The notes under the pieces were generated by a model. It made no database searches. It was not told where the DNA came from and saw only the letters and a program-made list of their open reading frames with translations. A stretch of DNA of 64,000 nt from Phoronis australis (lineage: Eukaryota > Animalia > Phoronida), in NCBI GenBank assembly GCA_002633005.1, contig NMRA01000001.1:2835695-2899694 (forward strand). The letters are read 5' to 3'. The translations under genes were made by a program, and so were the position numbers. Numbering within the stretch: the first letter of the stretch is position 1; each line of letters opens with the position of its first letter. Below are positions 27,001-37,800 of the stretch, one piece after another.

Positions 27001-28723
27001 ATAGATGGGCACACAAGTATTTGCATATATTCTGAAAACAATACTTCCATTTATCTGTACGATGAACCTTGGAATCCTTTCCTTAGGGTAATGAGCATCA
27101 ATGTCTGGAAGATTTAAGTATGCCTCAAATGCCAGGGATAGTCCCCAACGTATTCTAACTAGGTATATCTCACTGGCGGAATTGTTCATACCCATGCATA
27201 TTTTCCAAAAAAAATGGGAAAGCACTTTCACAGAACCTGCTTTACTTTATATATCTGCTTTACAAAATTAATGTTTGTCTTGTGTATATGGTGTGTTTCA
27301 AATTCTCCTCAAACACATGGCTAGTCTTCCATGCTGACCATACAGACAAGTACCATTTGTTAATCTTTCCTCATAAATTCTGGATGTATTCTCTTGATGT
27401 AGTATACAGACACTTTTGATTCATATTATATTAAGGAAGTGAAAAACTTGTAGTTTGAGAGAAAATTTTGTTTGTAAGAACAAAATTACAGCATGTGATA
27501 ATTAAAAGAAAATTGCATTTGTGACAAAAGAATACTCTATTAGTGCAAACACCTGCCTTGTATATTTCTTGAGAGAGGAAGTGCTACCTTTAAATAGGTG
27601 TGTCCATTATTCATCTTGTCCTTTTCCAATAATGCCACTGTGCAGTGACGCCCTTTAAGTAAACTTAACTCTGGGCCGCAAGTTAGTAAGTGTATTCTCA
27701 CATAGTTACATAACTCGTGGTATCCAGATATGGGGTAGTGGTATCCGAGATGTAACAGTGGTTGTTTATTTCCCTCTGTTGCTCATTGTCAGTATTTCAA
27801 GAAGCTAGTAGCCTCTTGCAACTACTTCCCCGTCCTGTTGCCACGGTACCACATTTTGATGGCGTACTGGAAGGCCATGCAGGGAAAGAAGAATCTGATG
27901 GCGGGGGAACGGGAGTTGCAACGTAGTATCAAGCTCAGCACTAAGATGGGCAACGAGCGGGACATGTTGTGGGCCCAGCAGAACCTCGATTGCTGGGTGC
28001 GCCACAAGGATCCCCTAATCAACTGGCTAGAGTTGACCGACCCGGAGACGCACCGTACTGTCTGCCATTCTAAAGCAGAGCCGGTCAGGTAAGAACGTGA
28101 TCAGTTATTACCTGTGTGGGAAGTGGGGGCTGGTGATGAGAAACTGCTGTGAAACACGGCAGCTGCCGTAGAACTCGTAGGAAGCCGTATAAGGCCTAAA
28201 AACTTGAATTTAGAAAGAAGTACTTGAGGGATTTTTTTGAAGTGATGCAGCAACACCATTTTGTTTTAAGCTTTGAATTTTGCCCCAAGTTTATCACCAG
28301 GTTTGTAGTCAAAGGTTATTGTTCAATGTTGTTGGATTTGGAGGAATTACACCCAATTTTATGGTTAGGGCAAGCTTCAATAATGGTCCCATCTGTAGTT
28401 TTGTTGAGAAAAAATGCTTCATGTGTTCTCATTTGCTATATGTGGGTGCACAATGCCTGCACAACATTGTTACATTATCACATTGTCTCCTGGCTTCTCT
28501 TGGACTTAGGTTCACGTTGCCCCTTCCATACATGCAGTGGTCAGCACAGTACCGTTACAAGCACCGCAGCGGCCAGTACACATCCATGTCCCACATCACA
28601 CCCAAGATGAACATGAAGTGGCGGGTGAGCGCCTCTGAACATGACAATAGTGTGTTAAGACAACACATGGATGGCCAGGAACGGTTGTCCAAGGACAATG
28701 AGGCACTATCGAAAGAAGTGTAG
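1..28723 (+). CDS. ADCY10: Soluble adenylyl cyclase type 10-like (sAC) protein, 5'-partial: C2 class III cyclase domain + STAND P-loop NTPase + Cys/His-rich region + helical/TPR-like C-terminus
   Basis: Spliced manually; all junctions are GT-AG and phase-consistent. Exons: <1-118, 626-702, 1278-1461, 2052-2264, 3113-3305, 3950-4036, 6040-6216, 6731-6846, 7692-7872, ~8261-8378, 10807-11017, 12838-13075, 14042-14197, 15020-15071, 15838-15895, 18889-19084, 21280-21420, 21949-22124, 22775-22925, 23576-23667, 23938-24056, 24683-24779, 25495-25607, 26234-26351, 26660-26864, 27793-28088, 28510-28723 (TAG). The translation includes TVSVGVTTGPTFCGVVGHELRHEYCVIGRRVGMAARLMMYYPGRVTCD, matching the sAC C2 signature (human VSIGVASGIVFCGIVGHTVRHEYTVIGQKVNLAARMMMYYPGIVTCD). 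Also present: Walker A ESETGMGKS, Walker B VLVVDDGH, GxP (SEGKPVFVE), LRCAAVIGENF and HKCAHCGGG. The 8261 acceptor and the two small exons at 15.0-15.9 kb are less certain. C1 and the start codon lie upstream of the window. This may be a paralog rather than the 1:1 ortholog. Confidence 0.93.
4668..5960. mobile_element. Non-autonomous DNA transposon (Kolobok-like MITE, ~1.3 kb)
   Basis: Imperfect TIRs: left ttaa-aggtaattgtcaaccttcgtgg (4664-4689); the right end reverse-complemented reads ataaagtaattgtcaacgttcgtgaag (ends ~5963). A TTAA-AGG start is typical of Kolobok-type elements. No transposase ORF. Confidence 0.6.
6312..6394. mobile_element. 83-bp Tc1/mariner-type mini-MITE (hairpin)
   Basis: TA-CAGAGGTCCcgaatttGGAGAACCAGTTTT ... 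AAAACTGGTTCTCaaagtgttGGACCCCTG-TA: ~32-bp imperfect TIRs starting with CAG, flanked by TA. Confidence 0.65.
8900..10800 (+). repeat. Helentron/HINE-like interspersed repeat with degenerate ~150-bp internal tandem units, each carrying a GCCCCCTAGTGGC-like motif
   Basis: Motif variants at ~9022, 9148, 9313, 9463, 9611, 9768, 9912, 10049, 10230, 10381, 10489 and 10727 alternate with AAATTTGRC motifs. The terminus catttcaacgctc...ttgctcttgtt occurs at ~10124-10153 and ~10774-10800, and is the reverse complement of 15993-16025. Confidence 0.6.
15100..15540 (+). mobile_element. HINE/DINE-1-like (Helentron-derived) element 5' portion
   Basis: Starts with tttttatgcacccacat...atgtgggtgcat (subterminal inverted repeat, tandemly duplicated as a ~40-bp unit), then a CCGT/CTGT microsatellite (ccgtccgtctatctgtccgtccg). 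This is the DINE-1/HINE layout. The right boundary is approximate. Confidence 0.6.
15993..16531 (-). mobile_element. Same HINE-like family as 8900-10800, inverted copy, interrupted by a pogo-like MITE
   Basis: aacaagagcaacgcagagcgttgaaatacgccc is the reverse complement of the terminus at 10124/10774. Contains TGGCCACTAGATGGCGC (16081), GCGACTAGAGGGGCAC (~16228) and GCCACTAGGAGGCGC (16368) at ~145-bp spacing. Confidence 0.55.
16534..17574. mobile_element. Non-autonomous pogo/Tigger-like (Tc1-mariner superfamily) element, ~1.04 kb
   Basis: TIRs: left ccgtattcgccctaataaccaccca; right (reverse complement) ccgtattcgcccaaataactgccca. TA duplication at 16532-16533 and 17575-17576. Confidence 0.8.
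22228..22290. repeat. (CA)n/(CACG)n compound microsatellite
   Basis: cacacacatgcacgcacacacacacacacacgcacgcacgcgcacacacacacacacacatgc. Confidence 0.9.
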
Positions 28724-29163
28724 AGAACAGAACGGGAATTCAATCTTATCAAACTTATCAATGAAAACAGTTGTTTTAGAATAGCCTCACAAATTATAGA
28801 TCATTAAATGCAACAAGGTTTTTGCAGACATTAGACTCATAATTATAGTAACAGTAAATCTCATCAAGCAAACTTAATGGCAACTCGTACTTTCAAAGCA
28901 AGACAATAAAGAAACATAGAGCAATGTGTGAGTTGTAGTGACATTGATTATTGACTTCATTTCAAAAGCGTATTTAACATTCTGGGAAGGAGGATGTGGG
29001 AGTAAGTCCTGGCTGAGAAGACAATTGTTTCGTTACCCCTATAAAATTCTGAACAGTCGAGCCCAGAGTGTGGTTACTTGTAACATGTGCTGCATTGCAG
29101 ATCCTTCTGGCATACTTCAACACCGGAGATACAAAAAGCAAATCACTGAAAGAATCACTCACT

Positions 29164-29232
29164 TTTATTTACAATTCATAACCATATGTTGAACTAATAA
29201 ATTACTAGTAATTAATATTTTTCAATTTTATT
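29164..29232. terminator. Candidate polyadenylation signals of the convergent ADCY10-like (+) and GALNT7 (-) genes
   Basis: + strand AATAAA at 28905-28910 and 29196-29201; - strand AATAAA (tttatt) at 29164-29169 and 29227-29232. AT-rich DNA, so chance hits are possible. Confidence 0.35.
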
Positions 29233-30249
29233 TACAAAACATGAGAGACTTATTTCACCTACAGCTACTGACCAATAAGCACCTCCAGTTCAGATTCAAT
29301 CAACAAGGATTTTCAATAAGATAACTAGGGTATGTAAACAACACTGGCTGTGGTACTTGGGAACATAGGTCCTCACTTATACTATAAGCATGGCCTGGTA
29401 TAATCAGTTCACAGACTCTTCCTTGAGCACCCTTTTAGTTGAGTGAGCGGAGTTTGGGTGCTTCCACGTTTGGCAGTCTGTGAGCCTGTTGGTGTAATGA
29501 ATTCACTGGTCCCATCAGTCGTGTCTTTGGAAGTTAGGAAGGGTTCACAATGCTTCATCAGTGTTGTTTCCAGCCCTTGATAATGTCTAACAATCAATGT
29601 ACAAAAATAGAAATATTCAACTACTCTCAAAGAAAACACTATAAAATTGAAAGCATTGAATTATCAAAGAGCCCACTAAAATTTAACGTTACATCAGCTG
29701 ATGTGTTACTACTTTTATTTCTACACTATTCCCTTCCCAGTCATTCTCTATGGCCTAAAATAAATGATTTGCACCACACAAAATTGCTTCTAAGTTATGA
29801 CCATAATGACCCATTTTTGAAGGTTCACCAATCAGATTAACCTCCATAGTTTTTCAAAGTCTTCTACTTAAAGAGCACTGAATGGTGTGGGAATGAAAAT
29901 CATTTTGCTATAGTACGGAAAGTTTTGTGATATATTTTGTGTTATTCAGTTATTTATATTAGTTTCGCGTAGGGAATAAGAAAAAAGCATGCCTTTAGGA
30001 CAAGGGTTGGCTAGCTACAGTCCACAAGAAGCATCCAGGCCTCAGTTTTGTACAGCCTGTGATGACGATACTAACATACCATCTGTTTTTGCAAACAAAT
30101 TAGTAAACCAACCAGATTCTTGTTGGAAGACTGCACAGAATTTCAAGACAGCAGAATGCAGATGCTACTAACTAGCATACCATTATGGTCAAACTCTACA
30201 AAATGTTTTGGGGCTCATCCTCTCCTTATTTACCCAAGCAACGTCGATT

Positions 30250-30493
30250 CAGTGGCCTGTTCCAAGAAAACTGACTTGGCTAAACAAATCTCAAACATTA
30301 AGTCAATTTTAAGATAAAACTTAAATTTGTCTCAAGTCCGTTTCAAGAAATTGACCTTAAGTTTGATTTAAGTTTTGTCTTTAGCTCGACTAACCTTCTG
30401 GATGTGGAAGTTTCAGTTTGGATGTTGAGACAAATCTTGGACTTAAATAAAAATAAAGTTTAATGTAAGTCAGTTTTTTAAAACGGGCCCCAG
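30250..30493. mobile_element. Palindromic MITE (PIF/Harbinger-like termini)
   Basis: Left cagtggcctgttccaagaaaactgactt versus right (reverse complement) ctggggcccgttttaaaaaactgactt. Internal inverted sub-repeats (ttgtctcaa/ttgagacaa, aaacttaaat/atttaagttt). Confidence 0.55.
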
Positions 30494-31885
30494 AATCAGT
30501 CAGTGTGGTCTTCCTATGCATCCCTTACTCCATAGATTACAGGGACTATTTTCCGAGTTATTAACAAGAAATTACTAAAGAAAGACCTTTGCCTTGGAAA
30601 ACGTGGTCAGCTGCTGAATGCACTCGTGACTGCCCACCATGGACTCTGACACTAGTACACAAGCTTTATTATAGTCTGGTGGTCAAATAATCCGTGCTGG
30701 AATGTTTTAACACATGACAATTAAAAAGTAATTACACGTGAAATCACATTTCTACTAAGAGCAATGCCTTGAAAATCTCGTGTACTCGAAACCTGCTTGA
30801 GGCACCTCGAGTGAATCCCACTACAACGGGCTCCACTCTGTGACCAGTCTCTGCAACCCTAAATTGACGTGAATTTTACATTTTGTTCCAAAGACCATTT
30901 TACTGGTTACTAGCTTATATCACTGCACTACTTGTGACCACCAAACTACTTAAAAATTGACCAATCGTGGTACACTACAAGATTATAGCATACTTTTAAA
31001 TTTCAAGCAATAGGATTGGCTAATTTTTTAGTCTTGAGCTCCAGTAAAGATAGTTGGTCATGGACCCAAAAGTTATTCGCAAAGACGAGAATGAAAGCTG
31101 TCGCCGTTGAACTTGCCTAAGACGAGATGCAAAAAATTTTTTGTTCAACATTACTTTATGGGTTTTTCAGAGCCACAGGAATACAATAAAATAGACAGAG
31201 TAACGTTCTGTCAGAATTGCATGTAATTTGAATACAACAATTCTTTAAAACACCCACAAAATGGACCTCGGAGTCGTCTACATGACTTTGACTAGCAAAG
31301 TTCATAATCAGAACAATCGTATTGTTGCAAGCTTTATCTCCACTGCCAACAACTGTAAACTCCCATTCACTAAAATTACAACACAGCCCACAGTACAAAC
31401 CTTTGACACCAAGCATGTTTGCACCCAGATTTACTAGCTATATTTTACACTAGCTAAATCTGTTGCACTAGCACTATAAAATCCTAAATGAGGTTACATC
31501 CCACAATACTATACACTCAATAGCAAACTTACCATACGTGACTAGACCCGAACAACGTAAACATCACTAACAGCAACAGGATTTTCAAATGAAACATCAG
31601 GCAATTAAATTAAGTAGTAGCCAAAAAGAAATTCAACAAAAATGGCAAGATCATTAGAATCAGCAACTGTGTTAAAAAAGCATACAATAATGGGTCCAAG
31701 TTGAATGTTTTTGTGCAGCTCAATAATGTTTAAGTTAAAAAAATACATATCAGATTCTGTGGATGACTAAAAGTTTGGCAAGTAATCAACTAAATTGCAC
31801 TGTGCAAACAATCCTAATTTCTGAGACTATGTCTGGCGAAAATATGACGACAGCATTAACATTCCCATGAGACAGAAGCCTGTGG

Positions 31886-34800
31886 CTACCATGTTCGCAC
31901 TTGACTGACGTCCCACTGCTGTCGACCAGACGTGTGGTCGCATGGAGCCAGCATGATCCGAGACCCATCACCCTCTAGACACTTCTTGGCTCTAACGTGT
32001 TCCAGCAGTCCCGTGGCCTGACCAAACAGAAACAAATGAGAGTGCTATTCTTCAGGTCAGCATTTGTTGCCAAGGGCGGATTCATTAAAGGACCTAGTAA
32101 GGGAGGGAGACATAACTAGTAAAGGGGGACATAACTAGTGGGGGGCATTCCGTAAATGCAAGACACATGGTGTTTACCTGCTTATGGAATAGAAATACAG
32201 TTTTTAAGTTACAGCTTAGTACTAGCAAAATTCAACATTCCAGCATCGCCAACCAATCATTTTGGTGATGGGCACTTTGCTAGTAAGCTTACTTGCGAAA
32301 TGCTCGCTTTTCAATTGTGTGATTTTGTGTGGACTTGCATGATCTTGCTTTTTTCACAAAAAAACTTGCTCAGGTCTCTCAAGTCAGAATTCCAGCTATT
32401 CTGACATACTATCTCTGAATTTTGCTACGATTCAAGACCAGTGGAAAATAAGTCATGAAAGTTAAAGTTGCATTTTGCTCACCTGAATGTGACTTGGGAA
32501 TAGAATACTATGATGTCATAGGAATATTAAGAGACTGATTAGTAAATAGACTTTTGCTTTAAGCTAGCTAAACACGGCAAAATGCAGCTTTAACAGAGAA
32601 TGCTAATGCATCTTTCTCTTCACTTGGTGTTGAACGTCAGTGCAAGTTAAAACAGTAGCAAAGCTACAACTTTTTGAACGAAACAGCCACACAATTTCAT
32701 TTTGCTTAGAACTCTGAATTATAACGTTCAAACTAAGAAACTGGTGAAACGAGTACTTGTTATTTGAATCAATGTCACTGCTTCTAAGAAGTCAAAAAAT
32801 AATCAAAGCCCTAAACGATAATTTTCCACTTCAGCATATTTTAAACCTCTGTCAGAAAATCCCAACAGGTGGTGCTAGCACGTCATGTCGAAGCACATGA
32901 ATAACTCACCTTGTCTAACTTCCAAAAGCCGTTGGGTTCCACTGGACAGAAGTGGACTCCCACCTGACCACCCTGTAGGTCAATACAGCGCTCACCCGTG
33001 GCCAGTTGACCCTCTATGTTGAGACGGAACATCTGCACGGGAAAGGTGAGAACTTCTACAACACACACGACTAGAACACGGAGAGGTAGTGGCCTTCATT
33101 TCAAAGCCACTGCTGTCCCGCAGTTACACTGTCCATCAATGCAGTGATTGTAAGTTACAAGATCAATTTATTCAGCTCAGGTATCCAGTCATTACACATG
33201 AAAACACCTGAACACTATAATACCGCTAACTTTGTCAGGCAGCTCTTTCTCAATGAGTCTTCAATAAAATCAGCCGCAGATTCACGAAATCAGGCTTTGG
33301 GTTATAAGTCAGAAAATCTGTTTACAACTAGAAGCCAAAAGACAGAAATGTAGAGCCCGCTCAGAAGCAAGCTAAAAACAGAAAGAAATCACTTTTTGGT
33401 CATTCATAGCCAGAAACATTACTTTTGGCTAACGATAAAAGCCAACAGACTCTTTGAAAGACAAGGCCCTGACCTATCAAAGAACTAGACATTACAAGTA
33501 AAGACTGTCAAATTTTCCATCCCAAGCTATGCACACAACTCAATGCATCCAACTGGGCTGACCACAACGCTCGTCACATACTGTCCGAATGCACTGATGG
33601 TCTTGTGGGGGGGGGGTAATGCTTGGTTATTTATTGTTATTACTCAGGTCAGATGTGTAATCATATCAATAGCCAACTTCCATGATGTCCTTTCAAATTT
33701 CGCCAAATAACTTTTCATCTGTTCATTTTCAAAGCATAACACGTTCGGAATACTCAATGACTGAAAAATTTGAATTCTTAGAACAATGTCACACTATTGC
33801 TTATAATCCTTTGACCACTATTTTTCTAAAAAACCTCAACTACTGGTGACGTCGTCTTTGAACCATATATTCTTAAAATCATGCAGGGAACCTTCAAGCA
33901 ACACATATCAGCCATTAAAGGCCCTTCTTAAAATACCGTCCCAAGCCTTCATTTTTGACGGCTAATGTTAACACACTGCTTGAAAGTAAATATAAAATGT
34001 GAAAGACAGATCCCTGGCCCATAGAGCATAAAATAAGTGCAAAATTTTATGCGAATCGGCCAACAAACTAAAGATAAAACAAGCATTGAAAAGCAAAAAG
34101 CCTGAAAATGACACGTTAAGATTTGCTATATAATCGAAGTTGTCCGAAACAATATATTTGGCACATAAATAATGCATTTAAAGGAATGTTATGGGTAGCA
34201 ATGAAAACAATTAAATAGGTGCTATTTAGAAGTAAATGACATCGCATTTTAAAAAAGACAAATTGGTAATAATCTTACGACAAAATGTAAAAAAGAAGTC
34301 ATAGATTAACGATGGCCAAAGCCTTTCAACAAAAACACAGATTCCCTGTCACAATTAATTAAATCAGACGTGTTTGCCTCACCTGGTTACCCCCATAGTG
34401 GTGACAATGGCTGAGGCCAACTTTGGAGCCTGGCTGGCCACCCATGGAGTCAAGACACATACCAGTGTTACGCAACTTGAACTGAAATAACCAAAAGCAA
34501 TGATTATATGCTGTCGTCTTCGTTCAGAAGAAAGACAAAATGGGCTGAGCACCTGTAGGGGGGCTCACACAAGTGTGTAACTTGGATTTTTGACAGAAGA
34601 AAGAGGCATGCCATGACAGCTCTAACTTCTGGTGAAATTTGGTGCCAAAAGATATGTACACTTACGTAAAAATTTCATACATAGAACTCTAGCCCAGGAA
34701 TGCCAACTCGCGCATGTGACCAATATATTCTATTATTAGAGCTTGTTGACAACTATGGAACAGGTGATCATTTGTCTCTTTGTCATGAATATTGCTATTA

Positions 34801-37800
34801 TCCAGAGTCCACTTTCTTTTGTAACAGAACAATCATAAAAATGTGTGCCAATGTCTCTTGTTTATAGTAACACACACTGCATGTAACAGGATCACTAATT
34901 TTTACTTTCTGAGGAAATGAGTTTATTATATTTACGATCTTCTATGGAAAGTCCTACATTGCAGCAGATGTAATGATCTATCCACGGTACATTTCAAATC
35001 TACACAAAAGATGTTTGTTCATTTTTTATCTATCAGAAAGACTTTATCTGCAAATTTCGGACAGGTAGTTGGAGTAGTTACTAGTTTACCACATTTTTGT
35101 AAATAAATTTTTACTGTAGAACTGTATCAAATGGCACCAAAGGCCCAATTAATATTTAACGAATTTCGGATGAATGCCTGACTAAATTCTTCACAGCAAC
35201 TGTGAGGGTACCATATTCTAAAACGTTTGCTTTATTGGATAGAAATCTTTTAAATAATTGAAATTACTTACCCGCTGGATTAATTAGTCCTTTAATATGT
35301 AACCTTTCTGGTTCATTTCCTTTTTATCTTACTTATTACACCCAGTTATTTTTCGCATTTTGGTAACAAAATGTTTTTTAATCTGTCAGGTATGCAAAAT
35401 GATGATTATTTAATATGAACTAAACTATTATTTGCTTCTGCTACACACATGCACCATCAAAATTTGACGAAGGTCTTTTTAAAGAATGATATGACTCTTA
35501 CGCAATGCGGTTGTAAAACGGCGGAGTTACAAAAAGTTATAGCGACAGTAAATTCCATAGGAATAACCAACACCAGAACAAACGAATGCAAACAAATGCC
35601 ACGCATGCGTGGCGCGAGCTCGGCAGCGCAAGACAGAGGTTGGCATTCCAGGGCTGATGTTGCATCTATTAGACTAAACCCTGTTTTCCAACCTACAAAG
35701 AAAATTCAAAAGTTCCACAGTGACAATACTTCTCTTTTGCCAGCAAATTGACAGAATCAAGTACTTCCAAATGAAATCAATACAATTTAGAGCTCGGGAT
35801 ACTGTGATTTGAGCTTAGATATTATGCAGAAAAAATAAAGCAGCAATCCCACTGTCGGAAAATTTCTCAATTTAAAGAAAAATTCTGACAGAAAAAGGTA
35901 TTACAAGTTTTACTCATCCCGTTTTGTAAGAGATCATCAATGCATAAAGAAATGTTTGTACATATTCCCCTCAAGTGTAAGGTGTGAGGCCTTGAATACT
36001 AGATTATAATAAATTCTAAGTAGGACTGACTGAATGATTACTCCAAACCTTACCTCTCCCCACACTTTGTTGGGTGGCGGAGGTGGGAACCGATCATACA
36101 CTTCATACGCGACATTCTCCATAAACCACTTGAAGCTTTTACACTTGTGGTCCCGCTTAAACTTGAGCTGTTTGCTGATGTCGCCTATGGGGTAACCGCG
36201 GATGGTGGGCTCGCGGGTGTAGAAATACTCCTTGTGCTCATCATCCAGCCACACTTCAACCACTCTCATGTAGTTCTGAACAAAACCAAGTGATAACAGT
36301 TAACATCAAAATCACCGACATTCATTTACCAGTCGAGAGAACTTCCCAGTTCCGCCATGCTTGTTGGAATTAATTGATAACATTCCCCAGAACCATCTGA
36401 TACACCCTATCGGAAACTTAACATACTACATCTTGAGTTCGTTTATTCCAGATGGCCAGGAATCGAATTTTCCTGGGTACACATGCAAAATCTATATTGT
36501 GTCTAAATATAAGACGAAGTATGACCCAGATGAATACGACGAGTCCTTTCATTCTCACCATCACCAAAAAATAGAAATCCAACATCCCAGTTAACAATTC
36601 ACCAGGGTACAGATGGTCATTAATGACTAATTAAATTTCCAAGTTCATATACTAACTAAAACATTCAAATAGTGCTCCACATGACTTCTACAAAATAGTC
36701 TACTAAACATAGTCAGCTCTAACAGAAGACTGTCAGTGAATGTTAGCAAGTCAGTGGATCAGCTAAGTCATCGATTCACCCAAGGGGGCAGCACCAGTTG
36801 TCATGATTATAAAAAATCTGACTAGTTTTAGCATTCTGAACTGCAACATTAGTCGATTTCATCATGCAGGTCAAAACTACTACTATTCTCTTTACATGCA
36901 GTGAGTTGTGAATGGCCTGGTAATAGACTTGTAGGGCCAACTGTTGACTGCCAGTCTTCATAAATTAGGCAATATCACTGTCAGGGCTTGGAATGACCAA
37001 TGACAAAAAGGAGAAAATTTTTCCAAGTGATGTATTGTTCCACAAATAAAAGCAGTAAAATTTAAGTGAAACAAACGTTTTTGCATAAACAAAATCAAAA
37101 TAATGATAAAAAGAGGAGGAAAAGGAAGAAAGTGGAAATCAAATAAGAGGAAATTGAAACCAAAAAAGAGGAAATCATCTTAAAATAGGAAAATTCCAAG
37201 CCCTGAGTGTGTTCTGGTCATTACAGGCGATTAACTGATCTTATCAGTCCATCTCCTACTCTGCTAATAAGACTGAAAGAAACTGTGACATCAACTCACC
37301 AACAAGATGACAGGAATCTTTGGGTTGACCTTGCCAAATCCATAGGGCATGTGATTCCTGTAGATGTGACCGACCCGTGAACATGGAACCCACTCTATAC
37401 TGCCGCCACACTGCCAGATCTGACAAGACAGAGGTCATCATGAGGTCAGATGACTCAAATAAATGAAGTCCAGAGAATATCAGAACCGGAGCTCGCACAT
37501 TTGTTCAAAGTGAAACGAGCACAATAGAGAGACAACAGCAACACGAAATGAAAAACCATCCTGCTGATCCCAACAGGCAAGAGGCATTTCTGGAAGCACA
37601 TAAAGGCAATTCTGATTTGTTCTTGGAATAGCTGATCAATACTATTAAGTTTATAATAATCAAAACCATTTCCGACAAGACAGCTTTTCTTTTGGAAAAA
37701 TGCAAAACAAACAGGATAGTCTTGATAAACTGGACGCCACAGCCACCTTCAAGAACAACCCCGCTAAAACACAGAGATTAAGAGATTATCACCAAACCAG

